Source: an uncultured Phycisphaerae bacterium
GTDB taxonomy: Bacteria > Planctomycetota > Phycisphaerae > Phycisphaerales > UBA1924
Length of the DNA stretch: 64,000 bases
Direction: 5' to 3'
NCBI GenBank assembly: GCA_947085435.1
Contig: CAMTWL010000031.1
Location: 76,278-140,277 of the forward strand
Numbering within the stretch: position 1 is the stretch's first letter; each line of letters opens with the position of its first letter. A program made the position numbers and the translations under genes. This document shows, in pieces, positions 1 through 8,680 of the stretch. The notes beneath the pieces are model-generated. The model was not told where the DNA came from and did no database searches. It saw only the letters and a list, made by a program, of their open reading frames with translations.

Positions 1-545
1 CGGGAAACGAGCACTTGCTTACACCGCCAGCCGATGACGTTATCGCAACCAAGACCATCGCGGCGGTGCAAGGATTCATCGCGAATCACGATATTGAGTC
101 TTGGCTTAGCACAACCTGGGTGAGGGGGCTCGTTTGTATCTATTGGCAGAGACTGCAGGTTGCTGCCGACAAAATGGGAATCAACACAACAAGCCTGTTC
201 GTGCCCTGCTGCTGGCGACACGAGACACGCCGCGCCGAATTCGGTCGATTCCAGGAGGCGTGGTCTCGAGGGTTTCCCACAACGGCGGAGTCTCCGGTCA
301 CTCCGAGTCTACACACGATGCTGGACGCAAGAGCCGCTTTCACACCGCAACGGCTGGCGAACCGCCACCTTCGAACGAGCGGCACCCAGCGGTAGTCTTC
401 AACAGTCAACTTGAAATCAGCCACACCCGGCACGCCGCCAGCAACGTCAGCATCGGCTCCTCAACCGCGACACTCACCAAATCCAACTTCACTCCGAAGT
501 GGCGATGAGTGAGGTTGCCGGGCATTCCGAACGTGCTGGCCCGCC

Positions 546-887
546 TCAAACCACCCCCACCAAACTCAGCAACCACACAATCGCGATGAACTTCACCGCC
601 GCCGTCAAAAGCGCCAGCACCATCGCCTCCACCGCGTCCAACTCCATGAACTTCATGAGCAGCCCGACGTACGCCACAAAGATCAGCGCCTGCGTCAGGA
701 ACAGGATGAACACGATGGTGACGATCGACGACACCGCGTCCGCGAGCGCGTACACCGCCGCGAGGCGCAGGATCGTGATCCCCGCCGGATCGTCCGTGCC
801 GAACCACACCATCGCCAAGAGCGCGAACGCCAGATACCCCAGCGGCACCAGCGCCGCGTACTTCACGAGCGCGATGCCGACCCTCAT
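546..887 (-). CDS. hypothetical small integral membrane protein
   Basis: 113-aa ORF with ATG at 887 preceded by a GAAGGGGA SD-like motif. Three hydrophobic helices. No recognisable family. Confidence 0.4.
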   Translation of the reverse strand: MRVGIALVKYAALVPLGYLAFALLAMVWFGTDDPAGITILRLAAVYALADAVSSIVTIVFILFLTQALIFVAYVGLLMKFMELDAVEAMVLALLTAAVKFIAIVWLLSLVGVV

Positions 888-955
888 CGGTCCCCTTCAG
901 GGTGCCAAGATGGATTCAGGGCCGTTTCCCGGGGGCGGGTGCTTCAAACATCTTT

Positions 956-1095
956 GCACCCTGTAAGGGTGCAAGTGAGGGCCGCTCCGCCGGGGTGAAC
1001 GGACTCGGAACGCGCCCGCAGCATCGTGCGATTCACTGCGCAGTTAGCAATGGGATTTCGATTCGTAACGATCTTGCTGCACCCTTTCAGGGTGC
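956..1095. repeat. two GCACCCT-N4-AGGGTGC hairpins (family D); a third copy lies at about 14711
   Basis: gcaccctgtaagggtgc at 956-972 and gcaccctttcagggtgc at 1079-1095, read directly. Confidence 0.7.
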
Positions 1096-1120
1096 GGAAA
1101 GAGGGTGAATAGGTCAGTTT

Positions 1121-1187
1121 ACCGGCGGTTACGCTCGCAGACTCGCTAACCCCCGGCTACTAACTACCAGCCTTTCAGGCTGAAAAT
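1121..1187. repeat. family-B palindromic element copy (CCGGGGG...CAGCCTTTCAGGCTG core)
   Basis: ggttacgctcgcagactcgctaacccccggctactaactaccagcctttcaggctgaa matches copies at 14586, 25838, 28390, 29770, 34160, 45150 and 54845. Confidence 0.75.
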
Positions 1188-1197
1188 CCATGCACCC

Positions 1198-2979
1198 TCA
1201 CCTGAAAATCACCACCCGCGGCATCGCCAACAATACCGGCTCCTCACGCAACTGCAGCAGCGCCTGCATCGCGTCAGCGACCGCGTCCCACGCCTGCTCG
1301 CCCACCGCCGCGCGCAACGTCTCAACCGCTTCAACGCGAGGCGACGCCGCGCCGAACGGCAGCCCGTTCTCGAACATCTCCGCGAGCGTCATCGGTCCCG
1401 GATAATCCAGAACGTCGTACGAATCCTCCGGCAAACCCAGGCTCGCCGCCATGTCCACCACCGCATCGTCAAGCCCGCCGATCTCGTCGGCCATCTTGAG
1501 CGCGATCGCCTTGTCGCCCGTAAAAATCCGCCCCTCCGCCGTCTTCGACACATCGATCCCCTTCCGCCCCTTCGCCACGCGATCCACAAACTGGTCGTAG
1601 GTCCGCTTCATGCTCCGCGTGATCGCCCCGCGCTCCGCATCGGTCCACGGCGCCAGCCCGCTCATGATCCCGCCCAGCGGCCCGCGCGACCGAGGCACCG
1701 CATGAATGTGCAACTTCTCGTACAAACCGCCCAACGCCAGTTTTCCGCCGACCACGCCGATCGAACCCACGATCGACGACGGGTTCACATAGATCTTGTC
1801 GCCCGCCACCGCGATGTAATACCCGCCGCTCGCGGCCATGCTGCCCACGCTCACCCACACCGGCTTCTTTGTCTTTTCCGCGAGGCGGCGCAGCCCCACC
1901 CAGATGTTCTCGCTGGCGATCGCGCTCCCGCCCGGCGAGTTGACGCGCACGATCACGCCCTTCACAAAGTCGTCGTCCTCGATCTTCTTAAGTTGCTCGC
2001 GGATCGTCAGCGAGCCCACCGTCGCCCCGCCCAGGAAGGAGCCGTTGGACGACTTGCCGTCCATGATCGGCCCGTCGATATGCACCACCGCGATGGTGTC
2101 GCGCACCGTGCCGCCGCTCATGTCCTCGACGGCTTTCATGATCTCGGCGAAGGCCTCGAAGAGCCCCATCCGCGCGAAGTCCGGCTCGTCGCCGCCCGCG
2201 CCCAACCCGAGGTTCCACTTGAAATCCGCCCCGTACGCCGCCTTCAGATGATCGTCGAGGCTCAGCCGATCAACCTCCGCGTCAGCGATCTTGAACTTCA
2301 CCGCATCGCCCGGCTCCATGTACAACCCTTCGCTCATCGCCGCGTCGAGTTGCTGATCGTTGAGCCCGCGCCCCTCTTTGATGTGCGCACGCACATGCTC
2401 GTACATGCTGTCGAGCAACTGGTTCACGTTCTGGTCCCACTCGGGCGAGGGGGCGCTGTTGGCGAACATCTCCTTCGCCCCCTTGTAGTCGCCGATCTGC
2501 ACGAAGTCGGGAGTCACCCCCACCCACTTCAGCATGTCCGCGAGGAACATCTCCTCCATGTACACGCCGGTGAGGATCACCGCGCCGCCGGATTGCACGA
2601 TCACCTCGTCCGCGTACGAACCGAGCACGACGGTCGATTGGTCGTAGATCTCGGTGAAGAGATGGACCTTCTTCCCCGCCGCCCGGATGCGCTTGAACGC
2701 CGCGCCGATCTCCTCGACACGCGACAGCGAAAGTTTCGGCTCGACCAGCCGCACCACCACGCCGCTCATCTCCGGGTCCGCCGCCACGCCGTTCAACGTC
2801 CCGATCAGCCCGCGCAGGGTCAACTTGTCCGGCTTGGCGAAGAGGAACGGCGCCATCACCTCCCGCTCGGGAAGTTCCCCCTCGAGTTTGAGGTACCCCA
2901 CCGTCCGCGCGGCCGTCGCCGTGGACGCGATCATTACACAAACAAGAACGCTCATCGCACGTCGGGCAACGGTATTCAT
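1198..2979 (-). CDS. sppA: signal peptide peptidase SppA (protease IV, 67K type)
   Basis: 593 aa with a signal peptide and duplicated ClpP/crotonase-like S49 domains (the GSMAASGGYYIA motif). GGAGAA SD before ATG at 2979. Confidence 0.85.
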   Translation of the reverse strand: MNTVARRAMSVLVCVMIASTATAARTVGYLKLEGELPEREVMAPFLFAKPDKLTLRGLIGTLNGVAADPEMSGVVVRLVEPKLSLSRVEEIGAAFKRIRAAGKKVHLFTEIYDQSTVVLGSYADEVIVQSGGAVILTGVYMEEMFLADMLKWVGVTPDFVQIGDYKGAKEMFANSAPSPEWDQNVNQLLDSMYEHVRAHIKEGRGLNDQQLDAAMSEGLYMEPGDAVKFKIADAEVDRLSLDDHLKAAYGADFKWNLGLGAGGDEPDFARMGLFEAFAEIMKAVEDMSGGTVRDTIAVVHIDGPIMDGKSSNGSFLGGATVGSLTIREQLKKIEDDDFVKGVIVRVNSPGGSAIASENIWVGLRRLAEKTKKPVWVSVGSMAASGGYYIAVAGDKIYVNPSSIVGSIGVVGGKLALGGLYEKLHIHAVPRSRGPLGGIMSGLAPWTDAERGAITRSMKRTYDQFVDRVAKGRKGIDVSKTAEGRIFTGDKAIALKMADEIGGLDDAVVDMAASLGLPEDSYDVLDYPGPMTLAEMFENGLPFGAASPRVEAVETLRAAVGEQAWDAVADAMQALLQLREEPVLLAMPRVVIFR

Positions 2980-3204
2980 GGAACGATTCTCCGCGGGTGT
3001 GTGAGGCTGGGGGTCGGTGGGGACAGCACCGCCATCTTATTCCGGTTTGAGTGCCGGTGGTTTCGGCGCGATTCTCGCCAAGCGATCTCGCTGGAGCCGA
3101 CTCGGGAGTTGACGCTTTGAGGAGGGGTCAACCCTTATTGACCCATCCCGTGTCCCGTTGACACGAACCCGTCCAGGCTGCAACTGCCCGGACCAAGGAG
3201 TGTC

Positions 3205-3315
3205 ACGACGGCGAGGAAGGTCTATTCCGAAGAGTTCAAGAAGTCGGCGGTCGAACAGGTCATTGTCCAGCGGCACACCGTCAGCCCCGAACAGTTCGAG
3301 GCGAGCCGACGATGA
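3205..3315 (+). pseudogene. remnant of an IS3-family transposase OrfA N-terminus
   Basis: An in-frame stretch encodes TTARKVYSEEFKKSAVEQVIVQRH, matching the conserved RKxYSEEFKxxAVxLV start of IS3 OrfA. There is no start codon and it is truncated after about 36 codons. Confidence 0.35.
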
Positions 3316-3486
3316 GTACCGGTGTGTGTCAACCGTTTCTGGGTCAGGTCACAGGGTCATGATGTCGAGGGCGCTCCCTTTGCCGCCGACATGCCCCGTT
3401 TCAGTTTGGCAAAAACCGCCCGCCGCGGCGGGCCACCGCCAAACCGAACCGGTGCATCCCGCCGTCCAACCAAAGCAACAGGGCGT

Positions 3487-3954
3487 CTATTTCTTGACGC
3501 GATCCTGTTGGTGCGCTTCGACTTGCACTCGGACCTGCGTGAACTGGATCGTCGCCCCGCGCCCGATGCCCTCGCACTGACGCGAGAGTTTCTGCCAGGC
3601 GCGCGGCGATTCGAGATGCTCCGGCCAAAACGGGAACGTGCGGCACTGCGTCGGCCTGAGATCGTGGATGGAGCAGAGTGCCTTGCCCGGTTGCGTGGCG
3701 CGGTCGAGGAAGATGCAGTCGTGGCCTTGCTCGGTCTCGATTTCCTTGAAAGAGCGCGATCGGCCGGCGACTTTCGTTTTCAGATCGACGGTGTAGCGTT
3801 CGAGGAACTCGGGCATGGCGCAGCCGAGGCGTGCCGCGATCTTCGTGGCTTCTTCGTCGGTGAAGAGGACGTAGCCCGGCGCGCCCGAGCAGCATTGGCC
3901 GCACTGGGTGCATTCGAAGCGGAGGCCGTCGGAGTACCAGGGGAGTGGGGGCAT
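3487..3954 (-). CDS. YkgJ-family cysteine-cluster (Fe-S/zinc) protein
   Basis: 155 aa with the CTQCGQCC (CxxCxxCC) motif typical of PF03692. ATG at 3954. Confidence 0.7.
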   Translation of the reverse strand: MPPLPWYSDGLRFECTQCGQCCSGAPGYVLFTDEEATKIAARLGCAMPEFLERYTVDLKTKVAGRSRSFKEIETEQGHDCIFLDRATQPGKALCSIHDLRPTQCRTFPFWPEHLESPRAWQKLSRQCEGIGRGATIQFTQVRVQVEAHQQDRVKK

Positions 3955-3960
3955 GGGTGA

Positions 3961-4040
3961 GCGGTGATGGGGTGATGGGGTGATGGGGTGATGGGGAATT
4001 CCATATCTCCCGATCACCCCATCATCCCATCATCCCATTC
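3961..4040. repeat. tandem octamer (GGGGTGAT)x4 followed by its imperfect inverted complement; G-quadruplex motif plus long hairpin
   Basis: gcggtgatggggtgatggggtgatggggtgatgggg ... cgatcaccccatcatcccatcatcccattc fills the whole 84-bp spacer between the PP2C stop (4039) and the ykgJ-like start (3954). Confidence 0.85.
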
Positions 4041-5328
4041 ATTCCTCCACTTTCATCGCCACGAGTGTCTGGTCGTCCACTCGGTCGCGCGATCGGGTGT
4101 GGTCGAAGAGCCGTTGGTGGATGGACTCGATGACACAGTCCGGCTCTCCCGAGCAGGCGGCGAGGGCTTCGCGGAGCCGATTGGTGCCGAACATCTCGCG
4201 GTTCGGAGGCGGGCTGAAGGCCTCGGTGATGCCGTCGGTGTAGAGGACGAGCGTCTCGCCGGTGGTGAGCGGCGTGGTGGCGTTGCGATATTCCGGATTG
4301 TCCAGGATGCTGAGCGGGACGGAGGCAGCGCCTTCGAGCGCGACGGTCGCGCCGGTGCGCAGACGATGCTCGGGTCGGTTGTGGCCGGCGTTGGAGTAGG
4401 TGAGCGACCCGCGTTCGCGGTCGATGACGCCGATGAACGCGGTGACGAATGAAGACTCGATTCTTTTCCGGAGGAGTTCGCGGTTGGCGTGTTCGAGCAT
4501 CGCGGCCGGGCCTCTTGCGCGCTCCTGGTAGCCGTGGAGGATGGTCTGGAGCATCGCCATGACGGTCGCCGCCCCCGCGCCGTGGCCCGAGACATCCGCA
4601 ACAATCACGCCGAGTTGCCCCTTGCCCATGTCGAAGAAGTCGTAGTAATCGCCGCCGGACTCGTTGCTGGTGAGATAACTGGTCGCGATCGAGAGCCCCG
4701 GCACGTCGGGCAGACGATCGGGAAGGAGTGATCGTTGAATCTGCGCGATCTCTTCGAGTTGGGCGGTGAGTTTGGCGTTGAGTTCGCGGACCTGCTTGGC
4801 GACGACGAGGGTCTTGGTCATTCGGCCGATGATGTTGCCGCGAAGGAGGCCGGTGACGACGTCGTCCGCGGTGTAGCCCTCTGGATTGAGCCGGAATGTA
4901 AGGCTCCAGTTGAGCGCCTCGCCGTCGTCGTAGAGCGGGTTGACGAAGCACGAGCCGAAGCGCGCGAGGCGATCGCCCAGCGCGGGGTCGCGCGCGATGT
5001 TCATGTGCTGGATAATCTTCGGCTCGGGGGTCTCAATAACCTGCCCGATGAACCCGCCCGAGTGAGCCGCGATCGAGTCCCACTGCTGCCAGGGGTTGAT
5101 GGTGACGGTGCCTACGTCGTCGTCGAGGTTGAGGCGCGTGACTTTGTACTGACCCCGAGGCAGCCCACGAACGGAGACCGAGATCATCCCGTCGAACGAC
5201 CGCTCGAACCGAACCAGGTTGGCGAACTCGCGCTGCACGTCGGCGGGCTCGGTGTGCCGGCTGACGCGACGCAAAAGATCGACGTAGCGGCCGATCTTGG
5301 GATTGAGCGAGAGGTCGACGGGGCGCAT
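4039..5328 (-). CDS. PP2C-family (SpoIIE/RsbU-like) serine phosphatase with an N-terminal sensor domain
   Basis: 430 aa from ATG 5328. C-terminal GGDYYDFF...GVIVADVSGHGAGAATVMAML...YTDGITEA motifs of the PP2C/SpoIIE domain. The longer track ORF (to 5955) is antisense to the deaminase gene. Confidence 0.75.
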   Translation of the reverse strand: MRPVDLSLNPKIGRYVDLLRRVSRHTEPADVQREFANLVRFERSFDGMISVSVRGLPRGQYKVTRLNLDDDVGTVTINPWQQWDSIAAHSGGFIGQVIETPEPKIIQHMNIARDPALGDRLARFGSCFVNPLYDDGEALNWSLTFRLNPEGYTADDVVTGLLRGNIIGRMTKTLVVAKQVRELNAKLTAQLEEIAQIQRSLLPDRLPDVPGLSIATSYLTSNESGGDYYDFFDMGKGQLGVIVADVSGHGAGAATVMAMLQTILHGYQERARGPAAMLEHANRELLRKRIESSFVTAFIGVIDRERGSLTYSNAGHNRPEHRLRTGATVALEGAASVPLSILDNPEYRNATTPLTTGETLVLYTDGITEAFSPPPNREMFGTNRLREALAACSGEPDCVIESIHQRLFDHTRSRDRVDDQTLVAMKVEE

Positions 5329-5406
5329 CGAGGGGAGTGTATGAGAGGTGAAGGCCGGGCGCGGGTGAGTCGGCGAGGCCGGGGCAACCTCGCCACGCTT
5401 CACCGT

Positions 5407-5922
5407 GTGATTTTCCGATGCCTTCTCTACAATCCCGGCGTGCCCACCGACCCGTCCGTCGTGTTGACTTCCGCCGAGCGTGCGCTGCTTGACGCCGCGT
5501 ATGAAGAGGCGCTCGCCGGGTTGAAGGAGGGCGGCATCCCGATCGGCTCCGCGCTGATGACCCCCGACGGCACGATCGTTGCACGCGGACACAACCTCCG
5601 CGTGCAGACGGGCGACACCACGGCTCATGCCGAGGTCGCCTGCATCCGCAACGCGGGAAGGCGGCGGGACTGGCACACGCTCACGCTGGCGTCGTCGCTC
5701 TCGCCTTGCATCATGTGTACGGGGGCTTCGCTGCTGCATCGCATCCCGCGCGTGATCGTCGGCGAGAACCGCACGTTCATGGGAGCGGAGGAGTTGTTCA
5801 CATCGCGCGGCGTGCGGCTGGCCGTGGTGCAGGACCCGCGGTGCATCGCGCTGATGGAGAAGTTCATCCGTGATCGACCGGACCTGTGGAACGAGGACAT
5901 CGGCGTGCCTCAGGCGGTTTGA
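5407..5922 (+). CDS. CMP/dCMP-type zinc nucleoside deaminase (cytosine/guanine/tRNA-adenosine deaminase family)
   Basis: HAEV...PCIMC zinc-binding motifs. C-terminus resembles Fcy1-type cytosine deaminases (DLWNEDIG). Start is uncertain: GTG at 5407, 5440 or 5461. Confidence 0.65.
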   Translation: MIFRCLLYNPGVPTDPSVVLTSAERALLDAAYEEALAGLKEGGIPIGSALMTPDGTIVARGHNLRVQTGDTTAHAEVACIRNAGRRRDWHTLTLASSLSPCIMCTGASLLHRIPRVIVGENRTFMGAEELFTSRGVRLAVVQDPRCIALMEKFIRDRPDLWNEDIGVPQAV

Positions 5923-5936
5923 CCACGGAGAGGCGA

Positions 5937-6102
5937 AGACAAAGACATTGAACACAGAGGAAGACAGAGGAAAACAGAGTAGGGAGGTCAGAAGAGCGAT
6001 TCACTGGGCTTGCATGTGGCACGTTGATCGCCCCCTGCGGTCGATCCTTCTTTTCAGTCTCTGTTTATCTTTGTTTTCCTCTGTGTTCAATGCCTTTTTC
6101 CT
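5937..6102. repeat. family-A long inverted repeat (CACAGAGG-type arms) forming an intergenic hairpin
   Basis: gacattgaacacagaggaagacagaggaaaacagag ... ctctgtttatctttgttttcctctgtgttcaatgcc, between the deaminase stop and the LOG start. Confidence 0.8.
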
Positions 6103-6134
6103 ATCCGACGCACGAGGGCGGGTAGAATGATCCA

Positions 6135-6776
6135 ATGTCGAGGCTGGCCAACGTCACCGTGTATTGCTCGTCGAGCGAGGTGCTGCACGCCGATCATTTC
6201 GAGTCGGCGCGGCGGTTCGGCGCGTTGCTCGCGGCGTCGGGGCGAGAGTTGGTCTTCGGCGGCGGGCGCGTGGGGCTGATGGGCGAGATGGCGCGGGCCG
6301 TGCGCGCGGCGGGCGGCCGGACGCTCGGGATCATCACGCATCGATTGAAGGAAGCGGAGCAACTCGACGAGAGCAACAGCGAGAACATCGTCGTCGCCAC
6401 CATGCGCGAGCGCAAGGCGCTGCTCGAAGCACGCGGCGATGCGATGGTCGTCCTGCCCGGCGGGCTGGGCACGCTCGAAGAGTTCTTCGAGATCCTCGTC
6501 GGGCGGCTGCTGGGCGAGCACGACAAGCCGATCGTGATCCTGAACCCGCGCGACCCCGACGGGCCGGTGAACGGGAATGCGGGCGGGTTCTACGATCCGC
6601 TCATCGAGATGATCGAGCACATGATCCGCAGCCGATTCGCACGCGAAGGCGTGCGGCAGTTGTTCGATGTTCGGCCGACGCCCGAGTCGGTGGTCGCACG
6701 GTTGGATGAGTTGGAGCGCGAGCCGAGCGTTCGCCCGCCGCTGGATTCGCTGGTGCCGGCGGGAGCCAAGCGATGA
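6135..6776 (+). CDS. LOG-family cytokinin riboside 5'-monophosphate phosphoribohydrolase (TIGR00730)
   Basis: 213 aa with GGGRVGLMGEMA and PGGLGTLEEFFE signature motifs. Confidence 0.85.
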   Translation: MSRLANVTVYCSSSEVLHADHFESARRFGALLAASGRELVFGGGRVGLMGEMARAVRAAGGRTLGIITHRLKEAEQLDESNSENIVVATMRERKALLEARGDAMVVLPGGLGTLEEFFEILVGRLLGEHDKPIVILNPRDPDGPVNGNAGGFYDPLIEMIEHMIRSRFAREGVRQLFDVRPTPESVVARLDELEREPSVRPPLDSLVPAGAKR

Positions 6777-7669
6777 CGGCCGCGCTTCGCACCGCGCCGG
6801 TCGAGTTCGCCGTGCTGCCGGACCCGCCCGCGCCGCCGACGCCGATGGGGCTGATCGCGGGGGCGGGGCGGCTGCCGATCATGGTTGCGCAGGGAATGCG
6901 AAGGTTGGGCCATCCGGTCTTTGCGGTGGGGCTTTCCGGGCAATACGACGCGGAACTCCCCGCGATGTGCGACCAGTTTGTTCAAGTGGGCGTGCTGCGG
7001 CCCGGCTCCTGGGGCCGTGCGTTGCGGCGGATGGGTGCGCGGCACGCGGTGATGGTCGGCCGCGTCGATAAGGCGCGGATGCTCTACTCATGGAGCGTGA
7101 TTCTGCGTAACATGCCGGACCTGCGAGCGTGGCGGATGTATTTCCGCCTTCGGCGGGATCGGCGGTCGCATGTGATCCTGCTGAGCCTCGCCGAGGGGCT
7201 TTCCCAGGACGGAGTGGAACTCATCGACTCAACCGCGCACATCGCCGACCATCTTGCGCACGCCGGTGTGATGACCAATCGACAGCCGAGCGCCGCGCAG
7301 CGCTCCTCCGTCGCGCACGGGTGGGAGGTTCTGCGCGAGATGCTCCGGCTCGACATCGGGCAAGCGATCGCGGTGCGCGACCAGGACGTGATCGCGGTCG
7401 AGGCGATCGAGGGAACGGATCGGATGATCGCGCGCAGCGGCGAACTGTGTCGCTCGGGCGGGTGGTGCCTTCTTAAGGCGGCGCGGGCGGGGCACGATCG
7501 GCGCAGCGACGTGCCGACGGTCGGCCCGGACACGATCCGCAACATGCATGCGGCGAAGGGCAGCGTCCTGGCCCTCGCGGCGGGGGACGTGATCATCGTG
7601 GACAAGGCCGAGACGCTGGCGCTCGCGGATCGGCTGGGGATCGCGGTGGTGGGCGTGCCTTCAGCGTAA
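6773..7669 (+). CDS. lpxI: UDP-2,3-diacylglucosamine hydrolase LpxI (DUF1009)
   Basis: 298 aa with the N-terminal MGLIAGAGRLP motif and the C-terminal LpxI fold. ATGA overlap with the LOG stop. Confidence 0.65.
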   Translation: MTAALRTAPVEFAVLPDPPAPPTPMGLIAGAGRLPIMVAQGMRRLGHPVFAVGLSGQYDAELPAMCDQFVQVGVLRPGSWGRALRRMGARHAVMVGRVDKARMLYSWSVILRNMPDLRAWRMYFRLRRDRRSHVILLSLAEGLSQDGVELIDSTAHIADHLAHAGVMTNRQPSAAQRSSVAHGWEVLREMLRLDIGQAIAVRDQDVIAVEAIEGTDRMIARSGELCRSGGWCLLKAARAGHDRRSDVPTVGPDTIRNMHAAKGSVLALAAGDVIIVDKAETLALADRLGIAVVGVPSA

Positions 7670-7880
7670 GACATTCACCGCGGAGGCGCGGAGGACGCAG
7701 AGAAGCGAAGATAGTCGCCACAGATAAGCCCAGATGACCCCAGATGAAGACTCCGACAATCAACAGAGAATCGAAGTGCCGATCGACAGCGCTTCTTTCC
7801 TATCTGGGACCATCTGGGTCATCTGTGGCTGGTTTTTTTCCTTGATTCCTCCGTGCCCCTCCGTGTCTCCGTGGTGAATG
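7670..7880. repeat. family-A nested inverted repeats (outer CATTCACCGCGGAGG... arms, inner CCACAGATAAGCCCAGATGA arms)
   Basis: The outer and inner arms pair across about 120 bp. The right outer arm overlaps the first codons of the tlyA-like ORF. Confidence 0.8.
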
Positions 7881-8476
7881 ATCCCAAAGCATGCCCGTTC
7901 GTCGGTCGGGGCGGACTCAAACTCCGCCACGCCCTCGACACATTTGCGTTCGACGTGACCGGCCTCGCCTGCGCCGACTTCGGCTGCAACGTCGGCGGGT
8001 TCACAGACTGTCTCTTGAAAGTGGGTGCGTCGAAGGTCTTCGCGCTCGATACCGGCTACGGCACGCTCGCCTGGACGCTGCGACAAGACCCGCGCGTCGT
8101 CGTGATGGAACGCACGAACGCGCTGCACGCGGACCCGCCGGCAGAACTCGTCGATCTGGTCGTGATCGACATGGCCTGGACGCCGCAGAGGCTGTGCGTC
8201 CCGGCGGCGCTGCGCTGGTTGAAACCCGGCGGCCGCATCATCGCGCTCATCAAGCCGCATTACGAGGCCACGCACGGGCCGGAGAAGGATCGGGTGCGCG
8301 ACGGCGTGCTGGACGAGGCGGATGCACAGATTGTGCTGGACCGCGTCGTCGCGGAGTTGCCCTCGCTTGGCGTGAAGGTGATGGGTGTGACGCGCTCGCC
8401 GGTGGTGGGCGGGGCGGGGAAGAAGAACGCGCGGGGGAATGTGGAGTTCCTTGCGTTGCTCGCCCGCGCCCGCTGA
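7853..8476 (+). CDS. tlyA: TlyA-family rRNA 2'-O-methyltransferase (FtsJ-like, lacking an S4 domain)
   Basis: GRGGLKLRHAL...DFGCNVGGFTDCLL SAM-binding motifs. The true start is probably GTG at 7871/7874, inside the repeat arm. Confidence 0.7.
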   Translation: MPLRVSVVNDPKACPFVGRGGLKLRHALDTFAFDVTGLACADFGCNVGGFTDCLLKVGASKVFALDTGYGTLAWTLRQDPRVVVMERTNALHADPPAELVDLVVIDMAWTPQRLCVPAALRWLKPGGRIIALIKPHYEATHGPEKDRVRDGVLDEADAQIVLDRVVAELPSLGVKVMGVTRSPVVGGAGKKNARGNVEFLALLARAR

Positions 8477-8680
8477 TGATCCCAAGAATAGAGCAGGTCT
8501 CTGAGTTTGTTGGCTACTCAGTGGCTTGCCACAACCCTTCTTGAGCGGCTGAGCGCGGCCAGAAATGGTGCGTAGTTGAAGTTGCCCGCTGACGGGCACC
8601 TTCTCCAAGGAGCCCGTTCCGCCCGCCGCCGACGCGTTGTGTTCGCGTTCGGATCGGTGCCTACAATGCTCCGAGCCACC

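Noticed and set aside
15-545. Plus and minus ORFs at the window start (15-395, 140-433).
   Set aside because: No motif, mixed composition, and possibly the tail of a gene beginning outside the window. Not called.
1702-3120. 472-aa ORF on the plus strand.
   Set aside because: It is antisense to sppA. Its Arg/His/Pro-rich composition is typical of GC-driven spurious ORFs, and there is no motif.
3961-4040. Possible CRISPR-like array from the regularly repeated octamers.
   Set aside because: The repeat unit is only 8 bp with no spacers, and there are no cas genes. It is a microsatellite/hairpin.
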